Positions 54,798 to 57,327 of a stretch of 57,327 nt of DNA are shown piece after piece. The position numbers and the translations under genes are program-made. This stretch comes from a virus (lineage: Duplodnaviria > Caudoviricetes). The notes under the pieces were generated by a model, which was given only the letters and a program-made list of their open reading frames with translations, made no database searches and was not told the DNA's origin. The DNA is taken from IMG/VR virus record IMGVR_UViG_3300027612_000001, positions 1-57,327 of that record; one strand, 5' to 3'. Positions within the stretch are counted from its first letter, which is position 1, and each line of letters opens with the position of its first letter.

Positions 54798-55266
54798 CGG
54801 CTCCTCCGTTCAGTGGTGATAGTCCCACGCCTTCGTCTTCTTGGTCGTCCTCGAGCTCAAGCTCAATCTCGTCGAGGGTCGCAATTGTGACGCTGTCTTT
54901 GACTCGGATGTAGCTCTCATAAAGAGCCACCCAATCCTTCATGCGCATCATCACCAGTGAATCTTCGGTCGATACTCGGTTACGTCTTGTGATAACCACG
55001 GGCATTTCGTTTGACTTGGCGGCTTTGATGCCTCGCTCGGCTTGCTCCATTGCGGCGTAAGGCTGACAGCGCTCGGTGCGCTTCGCTTCAACCCATACGT
55101 CTGGAGTGCCGATGATGTCAGCTCGTCCGCCTCCACCAATGTGTGAGCCGCCACCACTGAGCGGCATACGGAAGATCTTTTGCTCCCCTCCGAACAACGC
55201 TTCGTCTAGCCATCGAGCAATCTCTCGCTCGTACCCATCACCTTTTCTTTTTGCAGATGTACTCAT
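54790..55266 (-). CDS. Holliday junction resolvase (Hjc-like PD-(D/E)XK)
   Basis: KRKGDGYEREIA, ADI, VEAKR. Confidence 0.85.
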   Translation of the reverse strand: MSTSAKRKGDGYEREIARWLDEALFGGEQKIFRMPLSGGGSHIGGGGRADIIGTPDVWVEAKRTERCQPYAAMEQAERGIKAAKSNEMPVVITRRNRVSTEDSLVMMRMKDWVALYESYIRVKDSVTIATLDEIELELEDDQEDEGVGLSPLNGGADG

Positions 55267-55601
55267 CACTCTCCCCAACTGAGCCAAGCATCAGAAGCGC
55301 CTTGATAGACTTCGTTTGCTCGCTTGCATTCGCTACAGATAAATTGACCCTTCGGTCTGGGAGAGTCGTCCCTGCACTTGAGGCATGGGCGCTTCCATGT
55401 TTGTGAGAAATTCTTGTGCTCCGGTTTGCAGGCGTACTTTGCTCCCTCAAACTCGGCCAACCCTTCGCGAACAAGTATTCGCTTTAATGTGTCTGTGCAC
55501 ACGCCCATTTCTTTGGCCATGTCACGATAAGAATAGTTAAGTTCTAGCATCAACTTGACCGCATTTAGCTCGCTTTCGTCGAGCCTCCTGCGATGAACCA
55601 T
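55266..55601 (-). CDS. HTH plus Zn-ribbon protein (possible late-gene activator)
   Basis: YSYRDMAKEMGVCTDTLKRIL; CLKC...CSEC; start after GAGGGGG. Confidence 0.65.
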   Translation of the reverse strand: MVHRRRLDESELNAVKLMLELNYSYRDMAKEMGVCTDTLKRILVREGLAEFEGAKYACKPEHKNFSQTWKRPCLKCRDDSPRPKGQFICSECKRANEVYQGASDAWLSWGE

Positions 55602-55750
55602 GCGTACCCTTCCCCCCTCAGTAAAACGACTTTTTGATGCCCCCGACAGAGGGGCATCAACTCGTTGTAAGTTATTGATTCTATTGCACTCACTGAAATC
55701 AAGAATCAATTGCAAGACACTCTCGCTTGACATGAAGATTTTTCACCCCT

Positions 55751-55870
55751 CTAATAACTAATAGGTCTATTAGTTAGTACTAACCAAGAGTCGACGTCGG
55801 CTCCTTGAGCCGCGTCGAACAGTCGCTGGATTTGAAATAACTCATAACTATTAGGTCTAATAACTATTAG
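55751..55870. repeat. AT-rich iteron/palindrome cluster, candidate replication origin
   Basis: CT(A/C)ATAACTA(A/T)TAG x3; palindrome TAACTAATAG-GT-CTATTAGTTA; right at the helicase stop. Confidence 0.55.
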
Positions 55871-57327
55871 GGCGAAAGCCATTTTGAAACCTCGTGCAGT
55901 GGCACACTCAACGTCCTCGCAATCTTCTCCAGAGTCATGCTCTTCTCTATGTGCAAGTACCTCGCCTTCTGTAACGGCGACACCGTACTAACAATGTAAG
56001 AACTCCCATCAATCAAGCGCTCTGCCCAACCGATGTAATGGGTCTGATGCATCTCTGTTTGGTTACGAACCTTCCCGAAAGAAATCTGACTGACCATCTT
56101 GATACGGCTGTCTACGTCGAGCTGTCTCTCAAGGTATGCCCAAGGCGTAGATTCACGTCCTTGCATGTCGTAGACGGACAGGTCGCCATCAAACAATCCC
56201 GCCTTCTCCTTGGCCGACTGCTTTGTCCGCATCACTTGCGTAACCATCACCTGTGTATCGATGTCAGTAAGCTGTGCAGTTGAACCTGCCTCACGACCGA
56301 GGCCGTTCTCACCCGGCTTGTTGCGGTGGTGAACCATCACGACGGAAGCCTTGTACCGAGTACGGATTGATCTAGCGACGTGGTTTACTTTGAACCACTC
56401 AGACGCAGACGCTTCCTCGAGCCCTCCAAATGCGTTACGAATCGTATCGATCACCACGACGTTTGGTTTGAGTTCCTCGAGCCAGTCACCGAGAAGACGA
56501 AAGCCTTGCTCTGTTCCGAGGTTCATCTCCCCGCCGTTCTCTGGGCTGATCAATGCCGGAGACCACATAGCCAAGTTGCTACCCGTGTCGCCGAGCATCC
56601 TATTGAATGAGCGCATGCGATACAGAACAGTTCTGGCTGGGTTGTCGTAGTCTAAGTAGAGAACCTTCGGTGGTTTAGGTGTGTCGTATGGTCCGAACTC
56701 AGGTCTAGCCGCAGACATAGACGTAAGCAAAGCCATCAAGAAGTACGACTTACCATGCCCGTTGTAGCCTACGACTTGAGTGATCGTCTCCGCAGGAATG
56801 ATTGGGTCTGCCCAGTAGTCGATTGACCCGAGTGAGTCGATGAGTCGGTCTACGTCCCCGCTATAGATAGGTTGTAGTCTTTTGAGCGACTCATCACTCT
56901 TCTTGTCTTGAGGTTCTTTACGATTTCCGTCTGAATCGTAGTCTTCTGGCCAGTTTCTCTGATCCATGTAAATAGCAGACTCTACTTTGCTTTTCAGCCA
57001 AGCCTCGGTTTCTTCAATTGAATAATCTGAGGAGTCGAAAAACTCGTCGTGAAATTCGCAAACCGACTTGAGTAAATTTTCCCCAGTCAATCCTTGCCTG
57101 ACCTTTTGACCGCAGTACCGAATCATGACTGCATCAGTCCCGTCTCCAGTCATCAGCTTCCTGCCGAGGTGGGCGACTCGCATCTTGATCTGCTCCCAGA
57201 CGGGCAGTGAGTCTTCTGGGTTGAACGCCTTGACGTTTTCCAAGTTCAAACTTCCAAAGCTGAACTCTTCCTCACTAGGCAAGATTGCTTGATCAGCTAT
57301 GCCATGCCAGACGTAATCATCGATGTC
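55867..57327 (-). CDS. C-terminal part of the primase-helicase: RepA/AAA_25 helicase plus terminal HTH
   Basis: Walker A GYNGHGKS, LYLDYDN, VVIDT, VHHRNK, GSTAQ; continuous with 658..1. Confidence 0.9.
   Translation of the reverse strand, partial: DIDDYVWHGIADQAILPSEEEFSFGSLNLENVKAFNPEDSLPVWEQIKMRVAHLGRKLMTGDGTDAVMIRYCGQKVRQGLTGENLLKSVCEFHDEFFDSSDYSIEETEAWLKSKVESAIYMDQRNWPEDYDSDGNRKEPQDKKSDESLKRLQPIYSGDVDRLIDSLGSIDYWADPIIPAETITQVVGYNGHGKSYFLMALLTSMSAARPEFGPYDTPKPPKVLYLDYDNPARTVLYRMRSFNRMLGDTGSNLAMWSPALISPENGGEMNLGTEQGFRLLGDWLEELKPNVVVIDTIRNAFGGLEEASASEWFKVNHVARSIRTRYKASVVMVHHRNKPGENGLGREAGSTAQLTDIDTQVMVTQVMRTKQSAKEKAGLFDGDLSVYDMQGRESTPWAYLERQLDVDSRIKMVSQISFGKVRNQTEMHQTHYIGWAERLIDGSSYIVSTVSPLQKARYLHIEKSMTLEKIARTLSVPLHEVSKWLSP
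57201..57327. repeat. Terminal direct repeat, copy 2
   Basis: Identical to 1-127. Confidence 0.97.

Noticed and set aside
1-57327. Stop-codon reassignment, complete tRNA genes or introns/inteins
   Set aside because: Core genes are intact under the standard code and all three stop codons are used. Only a 17-nt tRNA 3' fragment was seen. TerL, portal, MCP and helicase have normal lengths.

Overview
This window is a complete, circularly assembled ~57.2-kb tailed-phage genome. Bases 57201-57327 repeat bases 1-127 exactly, and the PrimPol-helicase gene runs across that join. The virion looks podovirus-like: TerS/TerL, portal, scaffold, SU10/DUF5309-type major capsid, tubular A/B-like tail proteins, two RCC1-repeat fibres, several ejection-type proteins including a 3800-aa polyvalent protein, an M15 endolysin and no tape measure. 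A tyrosine integrase with an adjacent tRNA-Asn-like attP candidate suggests a temperate lifestyle. There are four transcription blocks: early (+, 43.7-53.8 kb; CobS/CobT-like AAA+/vWA pair, LuxR, integrase), replication (-, 658 wrapping round to 53.8 kb), recombination (+, 1.0-4.3 kb; Sak4, SSB, Cas4-like nuclease, dNMP kinase) and late (-, 43.4-4.3 kb). The most unusual signal is a pair of tandem GNAT acyltransferases embedded among three virion proteins that share a C-terminal R-rich G[FY]G motif, one of which starts with an N-myristoylation-like MGxxxS. Four dispersed cis-motif families are also visible: GAGCATCAC at early gene starts, TGT-N12-ACA operators, GGACGAC late elements and cUACGg hairpins upstream of the scaffold and capsid genes. 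All protein calls come from motif recognition by eye; no database searches were run.
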